A stretch of DNA of 63,567 bases, filler included, from Reticulomyxa filosa (GCA_000512085.1; 27 parts of 27 records of this genome joined end to end with filler, not necessarily neighbours in it); one strand, 5' to 3'. Positions 51,117 through 63,567 are shown, numbered from the whole stretch's first letter. The notes: generated from the letters alone by a model not told the origin. Translations and numbers: made by a program.

Positions 51117-51650
51117 ACATGATTTGTTCATTGATCCACCATTGATAACATTCCCATAGACGTAATAATTGAATATGATGATATTGATAATACCAATTAT
51201 AATCATTTCCTTTTTTGAATCCAATAATTTTTAATTCATTTTCCATAAATACAAATACTTTCTCAAAATCTGCACGTAATGCATAACATTTCTGAAATAA
51301 ATAGTCGTATAAAGTTTGTCTGTGAATTTGACGATATTTGATATGTTTAGGATATTTCAAAATATTCCACAAAATATGCAAACACATTTCTCTTTTTATT
51401 TTTAATTCATTTTTTTCTTGATACCTATTCAATAATTTTTTTTGTTTCATTCTACAGTAATATATACATTTCATATTTATTTAACTCATTTAAGTTGGAA
51501 GTTGCACAAATTTCTTCTAATTTTTCATATGTGTCAAAAAAAATCTGATTGCAATTTTTCCATGTTTGTGATATTGTTATTTTTTCAAGTTTATCTCCAA
51601 AATGTTCAAATACTTCCATTAAATATTGTTGTTGTTGTAAATTTTTGCTG
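51117..51650 (-). CDS. PUB-domain-like protein, internal exons
   Basis: LHILWNILKYPKHIKYRQI....LKIIGF fits the PUB pattern (L..I..NI...P...KYR.I ... L...GF). Confidence 0.6.
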
Positions 51651-52380
51651 TATTAAAATAAATATGCAATAATCATCAAAAAACATATAATGATTATTTA
51701 TGAAAAAGAAAAAGAGTATGTAGAAATCTATTGTTACGTGTTCTCTGTTAGCCAAGTTAAAACACCCTTTGTCTCGTCGACATTTTCATTACATAGTTCC
51801 CATGCCTTTAAAACAACCTCTTCACCTATCTTGGAAAACGTTTGTTGAAGTTGTGTAAGCATGATGATGATGTAAACTTCAAAGCAAAACCTTTTTTTTT
51901 ATTTTGAGGTTAGAAACTTGATTTAGAAATTCACAAACAAAAAAAAATTGATTGAAAATGAGATATTAAATTAAAAACATCAAATATTGCATAAAGATAC
52001 ATTTCCTTTATGAGTAAAATTGTTGAAATAAAAAAGTTATATGTCGCAAATATTCTAATACATGGAAATAATAAAACAGATTAATCAGATTTAAGAGATG
52101 GTTTAGCAAATAAAGCTTGGCAATGCGGTACCTTTAGATGAGAAGTATCCATTATTCTTTAAAATTATTCATTACATTCTCCACTAACTAAACACGTTTT
52201 AGATTTTTGTGTTCATCTCATTGTGATTTAATCAATATTATAATTTTATGAAGAAAATTATAATTTTTGTTTCTTAGTCAAACAATACACTTTTTTTTAC
52301 TTTTAAAAGGACGACTTTTTTCATGTACTTTCCCCTTTTAAAAAAATCTAAACTACTTTATAATTCATCAACATTACAAC

Positions 52381-52760
52381 ATGAGCAATCAAGTCTTTCA
52401 AACTTGAAGAAGCTGCCCATTCCACTTCATAATTCTCAATGTGTGCTACACAAAACGAACTTCTCATTTGTGGAAGTTATGAACAAAGTGCTTGTTATTC
52501 TTATCATACACTCAAAAACAAATACAAGTTTATTTGTGAGTATCCAAATGATGTTGAATTATGGCATAATGTGTAGTGGAATTAGTAGATAACAACAAAG
52601 ACATTAATCAAATTACTTTGTTGTCTTTTGATGGACCTAAATTTAGAAATAGACATACATTGATGATGAAATATGTAAGCGTTTGGAGTAAAATACCAAA
52701 CAAATTAAACGAAGTTAACAATTACAATAAATGGACTCCTTTCACAGATAATCACAATAA
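52381..52760 (+). pseudogene. Kelch-like family member, 5' part, with two frameshifts
   Basis: MSNQVFQTLKKLPIPLHNSQCVLHK / ELLICGSYEQSACYSYHTLKNKYKFICEYP / VELVDNNKDINQITLLSF..HTLMMKYVSVW, paralogous to 19991-20773. Confidence 0.75.
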
Positions 52761-52914
52761 NNNNNNNNNNNNNNNNNNNNNNNNNNNNNNNNNNNNNNNN
52801 NNNNTTAATTAATTAANNNNNNNNNNNNNNNNNNNNNNNNNNNNNNNNNNNNNNNNNNNNTTTTTTTTTTTTTTTTTTTTTTAAATTTAAAAAAAAAAAA
52901 AAAATTTACTTGCT

Positions 52915-53547
52915 TGGCAAAATTATAGACAATGGGTAAAAGTGGATGATTATCTTCGCGTGAAAGGCGAGGAATCCAAAGATTGGAATATATATGCACT
53001 GGGTGATATCAACGACATTGAATCTCTGTTTGAAGTAAAGTTGGCCCACACAAGCGAGTTGCACGCAGAGTATGTCGCACATCATATTGAAAGCTGCTTG
53101 AGTCACAGAGGGGACATATGCACGTATGACTACTACACATTGGGAGATTCTTCCACGGATACGTCTTCGACGTCTGATCAGAAAAGAGAGGCTCCCATTA
53201 ATCCGTATTGTGTCAGTCTCGGCAGATACGACGGGTCATTGAGCTTTTTTGGGTTCAGCTTGAATGGCATTTTTGCAGGCATTGCCAAATGGGTCATTTG
53301 CTGGACCAAATGCAACACGCTCTTACACAACGATGGATGGCATTTTGGATTTTGGCTGGAAGAACAATCTATTCCTCCTATTTCCACGTTATCTGAGCAA
53401 CAAAAAACAGAATTCAATGTCATCGGCGATGGAACCGCACGCCTGTTTTATGGAATACGAGTTTACTCGATTGGTTACAGAGTATCCAATCTTGTCTGGG
53501 ATGTGAGTAATGCCTTGTGTCTGTTTTTGACCCGGAGGATACTCTGA
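52915..53547 (+). CDS. AIFM2/AMID-like FAD-dependent oxidoreductase, C-terminal part
   Basis: VDDYLRVKG..NIYALGDI..K.A..HAEYVAHHI..VSLGRYDG: second FAD-binding motif plus family-typical tail. Confidence 0.75.
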   Translation, partial: WQNYRQWVKVDDYLRVKGEESKDWNIYALGDINDIESLFEVKLAHTSELHAEYVAHHIESCLSHRGDICTYDYYTLGDSSTDTSSTSDQKREAPINPYCVSLGRYDGSLSFFGFSLNGIFAGIAKWVICWTKCNTLLHNDGWHFGFWLEEQSIPPISTLSEQQKTEFNVIGDGTARLFYGIRVYSIGYRVSNLVWDVSNALCLFLTRRIL

Positions 53548-55124
53548 TTCATATTGGCCAGTTTTTGTTTGCTGGTCTTGAAAAATTTTGCAATTTTAAG
53601 TAGTGCAAAAGAGCAAATGAAACAATTTCATACCAACGAAAACAAGAGAAAGAGCATTTCTTTTTTGTTTATTTTAATCGTTTGTTTTATCCGATTTTTG
53701 TTATTACTTAAGAGCAAATAATTACTTTTGAAATATGTTTGTGCACTTCACAACGTTGTTTTCTTCCTGTTGAGTCACACTCTCTATTATTTTGAGATAT
53801 AAATATCTGCAAAAACATGTATCATTATTTATCTACTATGTTGACTTGATTTTTCCAACTAAGTGCTCATTTCTCATATTATCAATTGTACATAATATTC
53901 GGTCTTTGGAGAATTTTCACATATTCCAAATATAAAAAGTTTTAATTTCTTGAAAACATGTTATTTTCAATATTTTTCAACACTCAAATCTTTTATATTT
54001 AGTTCATTAATTAATTGAATATATAGCTTGCATTTAGTATTCGTGAACCGATATCATTTAAGTTTTTTTTGATTATTTTGTAACTAGAAAAAAAGCTAGA
54101 GCTCAATGTCAACAACTCAAACTACAAACACAAACACGTTTAAAGAATGTTTTTATGTTGTGCTAAGCTTACAGCATACATTACTGCTAGCACGTTAGTA
54201 ACGTGACGATTAGTGTATTGATATTGTTGGGGAACGACAGACACAAACATTACCAATTGGACGCAATGCTGAATGTGCAATATCTGAAAACGGACAAAAC
54301 GACGATACAAATTATAAACATGAAAAAATCATAATAAAATACTAAACATCAAAAGTCAGTATCCAAGAACTAATAATGTTGGAATTAACACTTATATAAT
54401 TCAAAGATTCTACAGTAGGTTGCAAAGAAAAATGAATGCATAAAACGATNNNNNNNNNNNNNNNNNNNNNNNNNNNNNNNNNNNNNNNNNNNNTTAATTA
54501 ATTAANNNNNNNNNNNNNNNNNNNNNNNNNNNNNNNNNNNNNNNNNNNNGTTGTTAAAATGATTTTGAAAATCGATGATGTCATGCAGCCCGCTGAAGTC
54601 TATTATTAAAAAAAAAACTTTAGGGATTTTTTTTCCCTCAGCTTTTTTGTCTGCGCTTGTTTGTTTTTTTACTTTGCAATGAGTTAACATTTTTTTACTT
54701 CAAAAAGCACAAGATGAAACAGTGCGAATTTTTTGTTGGAAAAAAAAAAACACCCTCTCTTCCAATGCAATTTATTTGTGTGATTGTTTTGTGTTGGTTG
54801 ATATGAAGTCTATAATCATTTCAATTGAATATTTTCGATTTTCATGATCAAAATTCCTTTTTTTTTGCAATTTAAAATTTCTTTTTCGTTTACATGTACA
54901 AGCGCCAAAAAGGAGAGCAAAGAGAAATAATAATTCTCTTGTCAAAGGTAGGAAGAGAGAGAAAAAAAAACAAAAGAAATTACAAAAAAAAAATTGTTTC
55001 AAAGATACCAAGTTCTTGATGATGGAGGGGGAAAAAAAGAAAGTAAAAATTCATGTTTTTATTAAACAATGATGAAAGGCCCACAAGGATAAAAAAAAAT
55101 AACAACAACAAAAAAAAACGCAAT

Positions 55125-56590
55125 TTAATCGTCCCATTCTTCATCGTCAGATTCCTCATGGTCTGACTCATCTTGCACATAAGTGCGGTAATTGGCTAGA
55201 GTAGCTTGCAACAAAGAAGCCACATCTTGAGGAGCACCGTCTGAATGTGATTCGGATGTGGATGATTGTTCCTCTTTGACAACTTTTTTAAGAGTCGAAT
55301 CTCTGTTAAAGCTGGCGATTTGTCCCAATAGATTAACTCTCGGAACAGTAGTAGTACTATTACTAGTAGTAGTTGTAGTAGAAGGAGGTTTGGTAGTGGT
55401 AGTGGTAGTGGAAGGGGTAGTGCTCGATTCCGTCGTTCTCGGCGAGGTTACATCGGTGAAGGATTGTTGAGAAGGCAGCGGAGGTGGACCATTTCGATTG
55501 GGTGGGATGGGAGCGCGTCCAGGACGACGAGGGGGTGGCACAGGCGGGGACGCTGGAGATACCGTGGACATTCTTTTGGAGGCTGGCGGAGGAGCAGGAG
55601 CTGTTGGAAGAGGTCCAGCCGAGGAAGCACTGGATCGAGGTGGCGGAGGTGCCATCTTGGAGACCGAAGATCGACTCAATACTGTAGTAGCAGTAGTAGT
55701 AGTATCAGTTTGTTGATCAGAATGTTCTGTCGTTCCATCACTTTGTGCTTGCGAAGAAGAAGAAGAAGAAGAAGGTTTCGGAGGGGGCTTCGTTTTGACT
55801 TTATTTCGACCCTTTGTTTCTCTGACTTTTTTCCACTCTTCAATTTCGGCGATTTTGTCGTGATCGGTGATGGTGATGGTAGGGGCGGTGCCTTCCGGCG
55901 ACGTGGGTTCTCTACGCAGTCGCTTTTCCAAATCGACGGGATTGCACGGCCTCAAATTGTGTTCTTCTTCGTCCACCGTGTCTTCCATCTCATCAATCCA
56001 CGCTTCCATCTCTGTGTCATATTCGCAACAAATGATCACACTTCCCATCGCCAAGCTGTCATTGGGAGTGAAATTTTTGTTTTGTGGGATCACGGCAAAG
56101 CGGAACTTGCCTTCTTCCTGCAACGCCTCTTCGATGAGCGGATTGCGCAGTATACGTAGTCCAATCAACGGAAACACGGCGACCATTTCGCCATTTTTCC
56201 AACGCGACGACACAGTACCGATCACCAAAATATCATTGCATAAAATGAACACATGCGGCTGCCATTGCTTGTTCTTGATGATCTTCAACGTCCCATGACG
56301 CACACATAAGCGATGCGCCGCCGTCAGCAAAATCTTATCATTAAACACGTCCTTTTGCAACTGACCCACCAATCGTCGACACTTTTGGTCGCGACATTTC
56401 GTCGATATCTCGTCCGTCATCTTCTTAATGTCCACAATCGCCTTCAACAGATCCTTCGCCGCGTCGCTGTCCTTCGTGCCCTCGTTCTCACAGCTTTTGT
56501 ATACGCCGGCCATGTTCTGCAGGTAATGTGGTAGTCGAGACACCGGCGCGTCCAATAATGTCTTCAACTTTTTTTTCGCACAAAGTTCTT
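55125..56590 (-). CDS. RhoGEF (end of DH plus PH) with Pro-rich region and C-terminal WH2-C-acidic (WCA) tail; last exon
   Basis: DH LKTLLDAPVSRLPHY..LLKAIVDIKKMTDEIS; PH RLCVRHGTLK..HVFILCNDILVIG..EMEAWIDEM; poly-Pro; WH2 RVNLLGQIASFNRDSTLKKV; C DVASLLQATLANYR; A DESDHEESDDEEWDD*. Confidence 0.85.
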
Positions 56591-56631
56591 TTTTTTTTTT
56601 AAAATTTAAAAAAACAAACATTTACCAAAAA

Positions 56632-56671
<40 letters not shown>

Positions 56672-57665
56672 NNNNNNNNNNNNNNNNNNNNNNNNNNNNN
56701 NNNNNNNNNNNNNNNTTAATTAATTAANNNNNNNNNNNNNNNNNNNNNNNNNNNNNNNNNNNNNNNNNNNNTTTGGCACCTTACACGTAACTAACTATAA
56801 TAAATGTATCACAGTTTAATACGTTTGAAAGATTATATTTCTGTTTTGTTTAAATCTTTAATTTTATTTAAAACAACTTTGATAAAGGTAGAAATATCAT
56901 TGTATTTACTTATAATTATTATTAAAAAAAGAAAAAACAATTTCATACTTTCGAAAAAGTAATTTTGCAAACAAGAAAAGAACCTGGAAAACGGAATAGA
57001 AACGTTTTCCAGTTTTGGTTGTCATAACAAAGATTTGGTTTCGTTAACTAACGACTCACAGAAGCTAAGCAATTTATTCTGTTGTCTTTGCAACGAAAAA
57101 GGCAAATAAATTTAGCAATTTAATGTACATATTTCCACTTGTAACAACTTTGTGACTTGAATTGCTAAAATAAAATTGAGATAAATCATGATTTGTGACT
57201 CGAATTCATAAAAAAGATACATGAATATTTGAATTGAGAAATAAAATCCAGCAATTGATAACATAAAAAAATTCTTGAAAAACAAAACACTTGATTTTAA
57301 ATTGAGTGATATCAAGCATAATTAATATCGATCATAACCGTATTGTTTAAAATTAATCTTGACTATCTTTTTTGAAATGGTCATTACATAAATTGGTATC
57401 ATTCAATTCCACTTGTTTTACAAAAATGATAAACATGTCAATGAAATTACACAATCTCTTATGCGTTTTACATACTTTGATATGCAAGTCTTATATTTTT
57501 AATCAATCTTTTAATTAAAAAAAAATTTAGTAAAATTCTTTATTGTGATACAGATACAAGATAAATAAAAAATCAAATCAAAGCTATATTTAAAAAAGAA
57601 ATTATTTAGAGATATTTAAATTGTGCTTCTTCATGGAAAAATCAATTATCTCTATACGTAAGAAA

Positions 57666-58003
57666 TTATTTCTTTCTAATGTATTTTACAACCATTTTGT
57701 CAAAATCATCGATCCATCCTAATTTTATTTCGGAAGTTCGAGTCCAATATTGAACAATACATGTTATTTCACTTTTCAACTGTTAATTATTTATTATTTG
57801 TTAATTTGTTTTATTTATTTTTCATCAAAATAAATAATAAATAAACAAATCATTACAATCTGTGAAGGATCCCATTCACGCACTTTAGTTTTCAAGTGAG
57901 TTGACAATACTGTCCTTTTATCATCTTTTCCTCCAATGATGTGTATATGATTGTCTTCTTCATTCAATACTGCAATACAATTAAATAATGGACTGGGTAA
58001 AGT
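57666..58003 (-). CDS. Kelch-like family member, last two exons (58003-57857, 57779-57666), ending in the IKLGWI module; absent from the ORF track
   Basis: TLPSPLFNCIAVLNEEDNHIHIIGGKDDKRTVLSTHLKTKVREWDPSQI, phase-0 GT..AG intron, then LKSEITCIVQYWTRTSEIKLGWIDDFDKMVVKYIRKK*. Confidence 0.85.
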
Positions 58004-58179
58004 GNNNNNNNNNNNNNNNNNNNNNNNNNNNNNNNNNNNNNNNNNNNNTTAATTAATTAANNNNNNNNNNNNNNNNNNNNNNNNNNNNNNNNNNNNNNNN
58101 NNNNAAAAAAAAAAGTGTATTTGATGTTCATTCCCCCCCCTCTCCCTCCCTGTTTTTTATTAATTGCCAACCAAAAATA

Positions 58180-59104
58180 GAAACAATTCAGCAATTGAAA
58201 ATGAAGGAAATGAGAGTGACGTCAGTGTAAATTATACAATCGAAAAGCTATTGCCAATGGTGGAAGCGTTTGAGATGATAATTGAATATGACGGGGATGG
58301 GGAGGCGGAATTCGATGTGAATAAGAGCAAGGATAAGCCATTGGGCAACAAGACGGAGCACAAACGAGACCAACTCAAACCAAGCAAGACAATGGAAGCG
58401 TCCACACCTTCGCCTCTCCCGAGTGATGACGAAAGTGACGCGACTGGAAGCAGCAACAAAGTCGAACGTAAAACACCTACGCCGGTACCAATCACAATAC
58501 AACCGTCCACATCCGCCTCCACACCAACAGAAACAAAGGCCAAAAAAAAAATCCCAGCCACGCCAAAAGATGACTATACTGCCGAGCCGATCCAAGGCAA
58601 GCTGTTCGATGATGTCAAAGATCCTGTCAAGCCGAAAGAGGTTAAAAAGAAAGAGGATAAGCCCAAGGGTGGATTGAAAGAGCCTACAAATACACCATCC
58701 ATTGCTACTTCCGTGTCCAATCCAAGTCCTAAATTTCCCAAAGGTTTTATTATATATTTATTTATATATATATATATGTATGTATACATATATGTATATG
58801 CATATTATACATGTATATATGTGTATAATGTCCTATTCGACCTGGTTCAATGCCATTTTTTTTTTTTTGAATGACTACTCAAATGTGACTGTGTGGATTC
58901 TGCTGGACACAGATGTGTCGAAAAGTGCGAATACAAGCCCTCGAAAGAGCAATATTGAGACCAAAAAAAAAACGTCACAACAACTGGGGGCAAGTCCATC
59001 TCGAGCGTCTGCCTCGGCAGCGGCGTTGGATACTGGCGCGGCGCTGCAGTCGAGACGAGCAAAGACATCGTTTGGAGTGACCCAAAAAAAGAGTGCTATT
59101 GACA
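58180..59104 (+). CDS. Low-complexity Lys/Pro/Ser/Thr-rich protein, internal exons
   Basis: Two open frames separated by a TA-rich GT-AG intron (about 58744-58912); no recognisable domain. Confidence 0.55.
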
Positions 59105-59219
59105 NNNNNNNNNNNNNNNNNNNNNNNNNNNNNNNNNNNNNNNNNNNNTTAATTAATTAANNNNNNNNNNNNNNNNNNNNNNNNNNNNNNNNNNNNNNNN
59201 NNNNTTTTTTTTTTTTTTT

Positions 59220-59606
59220 TAAAGCCAAACCTTGCAATTGAAGGTCAGACTTGGACTGCAGGTATCTTCGATGGTTTTGATAATAGTTGTGAAACTCGAC
59301 GTAAAAGTAAATTGGCGGCTTCATGGTTCGGTCGATTTCGATCTCCACGGTGCATACCTTGGGCAATTGCGTGGAGTTGTATGAACTCAACACCTTACAC
59401 TCTGTAATGTTGTCGTATCGCGTTGTGTACTCCACCACTTGCTTACTTGCGTCTAGTACTAGTGATCCAATCACTATGAACACTATCCCTGTCAACACTA
59501 GTGACACTACAATAAACACTGGCGTCAATATCGGCTGAACCGCTTTCAACTGCTGCTGCTTTATTGCTTGTGCATCGAACTCAAAAAATTTCAACCCGTC
59601 TGACAT
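59220..59606 (-). CDS. CDC50: CDC50/LEM3 family flippase beta subunit, first exon
   Basis: KQQQLKAVQPILTP, TM helix, VVEYTTRYD, MKPPIYFYVEFHNYYQNHRRYLQSKSDLQLQG. Confidence 0.95.
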
Positions 59607-59780
59607 TCTTTTTCTTCTTTTTTGATATTTAAAAAAAGACTGATGACAGAAATTTGTTCAAATTGGAAAAGGGGTTACTTTATAACTTTGATAATTTTTT
59701 AAAAAATAAAGTTCAGTTTTCAACACGCAAAAAAAAAAAAACAAACAAAGGAAAATGTTTTACTTTTTTTAAAAAAGTGT

Positions 59781-60264
59781 TTATTGTTTGTGTTGACTGT
59801 CTAAGACAGCCCGGATAAAGTCAGCACATACAAGCAGCCCCCAATTTCGGGCGAAGCAATCATAAAAGATGCAATGACTGCCATAGTGCGTTTCAACATG
59901 AATAGTGGAAGGTGCAAAGTGATTTCCACAATGAAGAGCGCGAAAGTCTTCAATGTTTGCGGAAGAGCAAACGGGGTCATCATAGCTGTTCAAAGCCAAA
60001 ACAGGCTTCGTGACAAAGGCAACATTAACAATTGGATTGTTGAAAGCAAGATAAGACTCATAGCTGTCGTAGCCACTGAAGTGTCTGGCATATAATCGAA
60101 AGAAAGAGCTGAAGCTGCGGGCTTTGGCAAGGACCTCAAATCCTTTTGGGTTGTGTGGTTTCAAAACGCTTGCGTTTTGAAACAGAAAAGTATTTTTCAC
60201 CATTTGCAACATCAGCGAGTTTAACGGATATCCAATTCTTTCAAAGCAGACTGAAATATCATAA
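59781..60264 (-). CDS. Alpha/beta hydrolase (ABHD1-3/YheT-like), last exon
   Basis: GYDSYESY..PVLALNSYDDPVCS (catalytic Asp) ..THYGSHCIFYD (catalytic His). Confidence 0.8.
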
Positions 60265-61117
60265 CCTTTTTTTTTTTTTTTTTTTTTTTTTTNNNNNNNN
60301 NNNNNNNNNNNNNNNNNNNNNNNNNNNNNNNNNNNNTTAATTAATTAANNNNNNNNNNNNNNNNNNNNNNNNNNNNNNNNNNNNNNNNNNNNTTTTTTTT
60401 GTTGAACCCATGGGGTTACCACATTTTGCACGAGATGAAATTCACTTTGTATTACAAAATCTGTTGTAGGAATGTGTTGTCTTTTGCTGTTGTTCTGTTC
60501 TGTCTGTTGTTGTTGGTCCTTGGAGTGATTTTAGTATATGCTTTTTTTGTTTGCTTGTTTTATTCTTTTGTTGCCATATCTTACGCTCTGATGTTGATAT
60601 GTGAGGGAGACTTTCTCGCTTCAATATGCTTTTTCATCTCAATCTGCTTTTTCACTTGAAGTTATTACTATGACTCACCAAATGCGTATTGACACCCTAA
60701 ACAATAGAATAGAGCAAAATTAGTCAATTAATTTCAGCTATCAATTTTTTCAAAGACACAAGTAAAAACTAAATAAACCAAATTTTCTTTTGAATCGAAA
60801 TATTAAAATTCAGAAATTTTTTAAGATGAATAGAATTTGGTAAGAAAAATATCAGGTGCTGGAGAATTGTGAGTGTGAAATTAATTCCAAAAAAATCAAA
60901 AGAAAATACAATTAGCACAAAAGAGAAAAATTGAGGCAAGTGTCAAATACTTGGCCACAAACTTGACGCTGCTTGAACTTCGCTTTACACTTGCTGGCAC
61001 CGCAACCACTTTCCAATTGCTTGATAGACAGGCCGGATTCTTTGGAATATCTATGTTATATACATGTATTGATCATACATGTTTCAAGTATTTTCCAATC
61101 AAATTATAAAAAAACAT

Positions 61118-62011
61118 TATAACTTGGAGCATAGGTTGCGCATATAATCACAATAATCAGCTCACCACTTTCGATTGTTTGATTCCTTTCAATCAATCAT
61201 GGGGAACATTACATGATATGGACCTTCAGTAATTTTTTTTCAAATTATACGCCAAAAGCGCAATACCATAATCTATATTCGATGCACGCCGTTGCTATCA
61301 TTATTGCCATCATTGCTGGGGACTCACTATAGCACCAATAGCAACATAAACAGCAACAACTTGCCCATCTACAATCCAAAATGTATGTAACGTACGTCCA
61401 TTTCCACTTGCATACATTTCAATATCTATTCAAAAATTTCAAACAACACGTACTACATACATATAAATAAATAATCAATACACGTATAAAGATGTTATGT
61501 TGATATGTACACAAAACAAAACTTTTTCAAGCAATGGACCCGAGCACAATTATAGGATCAGGTAAGCGCACAAATGACCAATCGAATAACAACAATTCAT
61601 TGAGTTCTTGTGTCAAATGCGCACTTTGATTTCAATGATACTTCTTCCATCAAGTATTCCGTTATTTTGTGTGATTGAATGGACTTGAAGGAAGTTTGTA
61701 TCATTGAAAAGCTCGTCCCCCTAGAGCTACCATTTTGAGTGATGGTCTTGTTAATATCAGACCCTTCCACTTTTTGAATCCGAGAAATTCGTTCGTATCC
61801 ACAGCGACGACGTCTTTGTGAGTGAGCGAGAGTGAGAGAGGAGCATAATATAATAAACTACTGACACTGACGTTGCCCACGTATCCATCCAAAATATTGA
61901 AGTGATTCATTGACCACTTTGCCAAATGATGGAGCGACCTTTGAACCGTCATTCCAATTATCGACTGGCAAGACGTTGTTGCGTTTTGTGACAAATGACG
62001 CAGCCGACATT
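61118..62011 (-). pseudogene. Decayed copy homologous to 3530-4620
   Basis: Shared blocks on the plus strand here and the minus strand there: TTATAACTTGGA..ATAGGTTGCGCA.ATAA, ACTTTTTCAAGCAATGGACCC, TATCATTGAAAAG, GGTCTTGTTAAT, TATCGACTGGCA. Confidence 0.55.
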
Positions 62012-63567
62012 NNNNNNNNNNNNNNNNNNNNNNNNNNNNNNNNNNNNNNNNNNNNTTAATTAATTAANNNNNNNNNNNNNNNNNNNNNNNNNNNNNNNNN
62101 NNNNNNNNNNNACACTTGGAGATAAAAGATGTTTTCAACAGCACTAACAGAAAAAGGCAATGCAAATAATGCCCAAAATATAACTGCACTGGAAAACAAC
62201 AATCATTAGAGCCCAACACACTTTTATTACAATGAAAATAACAAATCACACAATGAAACGAATTACATAAAAAGAAACAAAGCAAAACAAAAAACAAATT
62301 AATGCGCTGTTTGTCATATCATCGAAGAGATTAGGCAGACAATATTGCCAAAAAAAAAAAAATATATATATATATATATATTGTGACAATATTGTTTTCA
62401 TTTTCTCCTTTGTTTGCACTCCGATGTCGTGATAAGTCTTGCTTTGCTATACGATAATCAATCGAATGTGTCTTTGGCAGCAGTCAATGCAATCAGCGAA
62501 GAAGGAGATATACAAGATAGTTGATGCAACTATGATCCCAAAATTACACAATTGTATCGACATCATTGCAAGTGCCCAATTACAGCAATAGCGACGACAT
62601 GGCCAACAGAAGTGGCAATCGATTGGAAGGCAGTATTTGTAGCCTTATTTTTATTCACATCAAATACAATCACTTGGTCATTGTTTAATGTGTTGGGTCG
62701 TCGTTTTGTCTCGGGCAGTTAATCCTCATTGTTTCAATGCGGAATCTTCCGCTTCTTCTCCATTTGCGGTTCCATTACATACACGACCAGCGGACTTAGT
62801 ATATCCTAGTTGTTGCAAACACAAAAACAGCAAAAACAACTTAATTCAAATTGCTTTAAAAGATAGACAAAAGTAATCAATGTTGTTTTAACTTCAATCT
62901 TCTTGCAAAGATATTATGATAATAATATGAAATTATCCAATTCAATCATTTCATGCCAATCTCCCTTTAACGACAATATCCACAGTAATTCTTCAATCCA
63001 ATTGCAATATACCAAAATTTTGATATCTTCTTCCACCAAATCAACACAAAGATCATAACAATTCTATATCGGAAATGCCTCCATGCATCTTTGGTGTGTC
63101 GATATCGGGAACAACATATACATAACCCCAAATACATATGAATGACGATGACGAGTATTTAATTAATTATGCATATGATGAGTTGAGTGTATATTAAGCT
63201 GGATGTCGTTTGCGATTGTAAACACATAACATTCGTTGTCACTGCTATTCGTTTCAACTAATATCATCCACAACAACTAATAATTTTTAGTGATACATGC
63301 TAATACATTTTAGGGATTGATGGTGTCAAAATTGTCTTTGTTTATACTTTCCATTTGCTTCACTCGATAAGTTCGTCCTGACGATTCATGAGCATTTGCT
63401 ATATTTCTTAACATAATTAATATGTTTGATGTTTTTTCTTCTTCTTAATATACTTTTCTTCTTTTTCCTCTTTATTTTTCTTTAAAAGATTCATGTTCAT
63501 ATTATTTTGATTAAGACATATCACAACAGCTAAGAATATGATAAAAGTAATGTAGAACTTCTATGAT

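Noticed and set aside
5091-62111. Regularly recurring TTAATTAATTAA as a biological repeat or CRISPR-like array; ORFs ending in XXX..LIN
   Set aside because: Always centred in a 100-nt N spacer, so it is an artificial linker. Gene neighbourhoods across it are not real.
62112-63567. Coding-like sequence in the last contig
   Set aside because: All frames are interrupted and no family is recognisable.

Overview
This is not one continuous locus. It is 27 short AT-rich eukaryotic contigs joined by 26 identical artificial 100-nt spacers (N44-TTAATTAATTAA-N44, stops in all six frames), so adjacency across spacers means nothing. The genes have short GT-AG introns and use the standard code. Expanded WD40 and Kelch-like families and frequent homopolymer frameshifts suggest a fragmented rhizarian assembly, most like the foraminiferan Reticulomyxa filosa (inference). 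Recognisable, mostly partial genes: WD40 and Kelch-like propellers, a UBC/E2-like variant, a Nudix-like protein, glucosidase II beta, two inverted TRAP-beta-like copies, ankyrin proteins, a nocturnin-like EEP, a divergent Cpn60, a phosducin-like protein, a USP9/24/34-type C-terminus, a FAM21-like tail, an ankyrin+DUF294-like pseudogene, a C2H2 protein, DnaJ, V-ATPase subunit a, makorin, a PUB protein, an AIFM2-like oxidoreductase, a DH-PH protein, CDC50 and an alpha/beta hydrolase. Best novelty candidates: (1) a ~30-aa 'IKLGWI' module in its own phase-0 exon, at the N-terminus of a WD40 protein and the C-terminus of a Kelch-like protein, possibly a lineage-specific shuffled adaptor; (2) a RhoGEF DH-PH fused to a Pro-rich/WH2/C/acidic-Trp (WCA) Arp2/3-activator tail; (3) a modular, tandemly stacked non-coding repeat with conserved stems upstream of decayed ORF1-like frames; (4) a Cpn60 with a ~100-aa in-frame insertion. 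All assignments are by-eye motif recognition; no searches were run.
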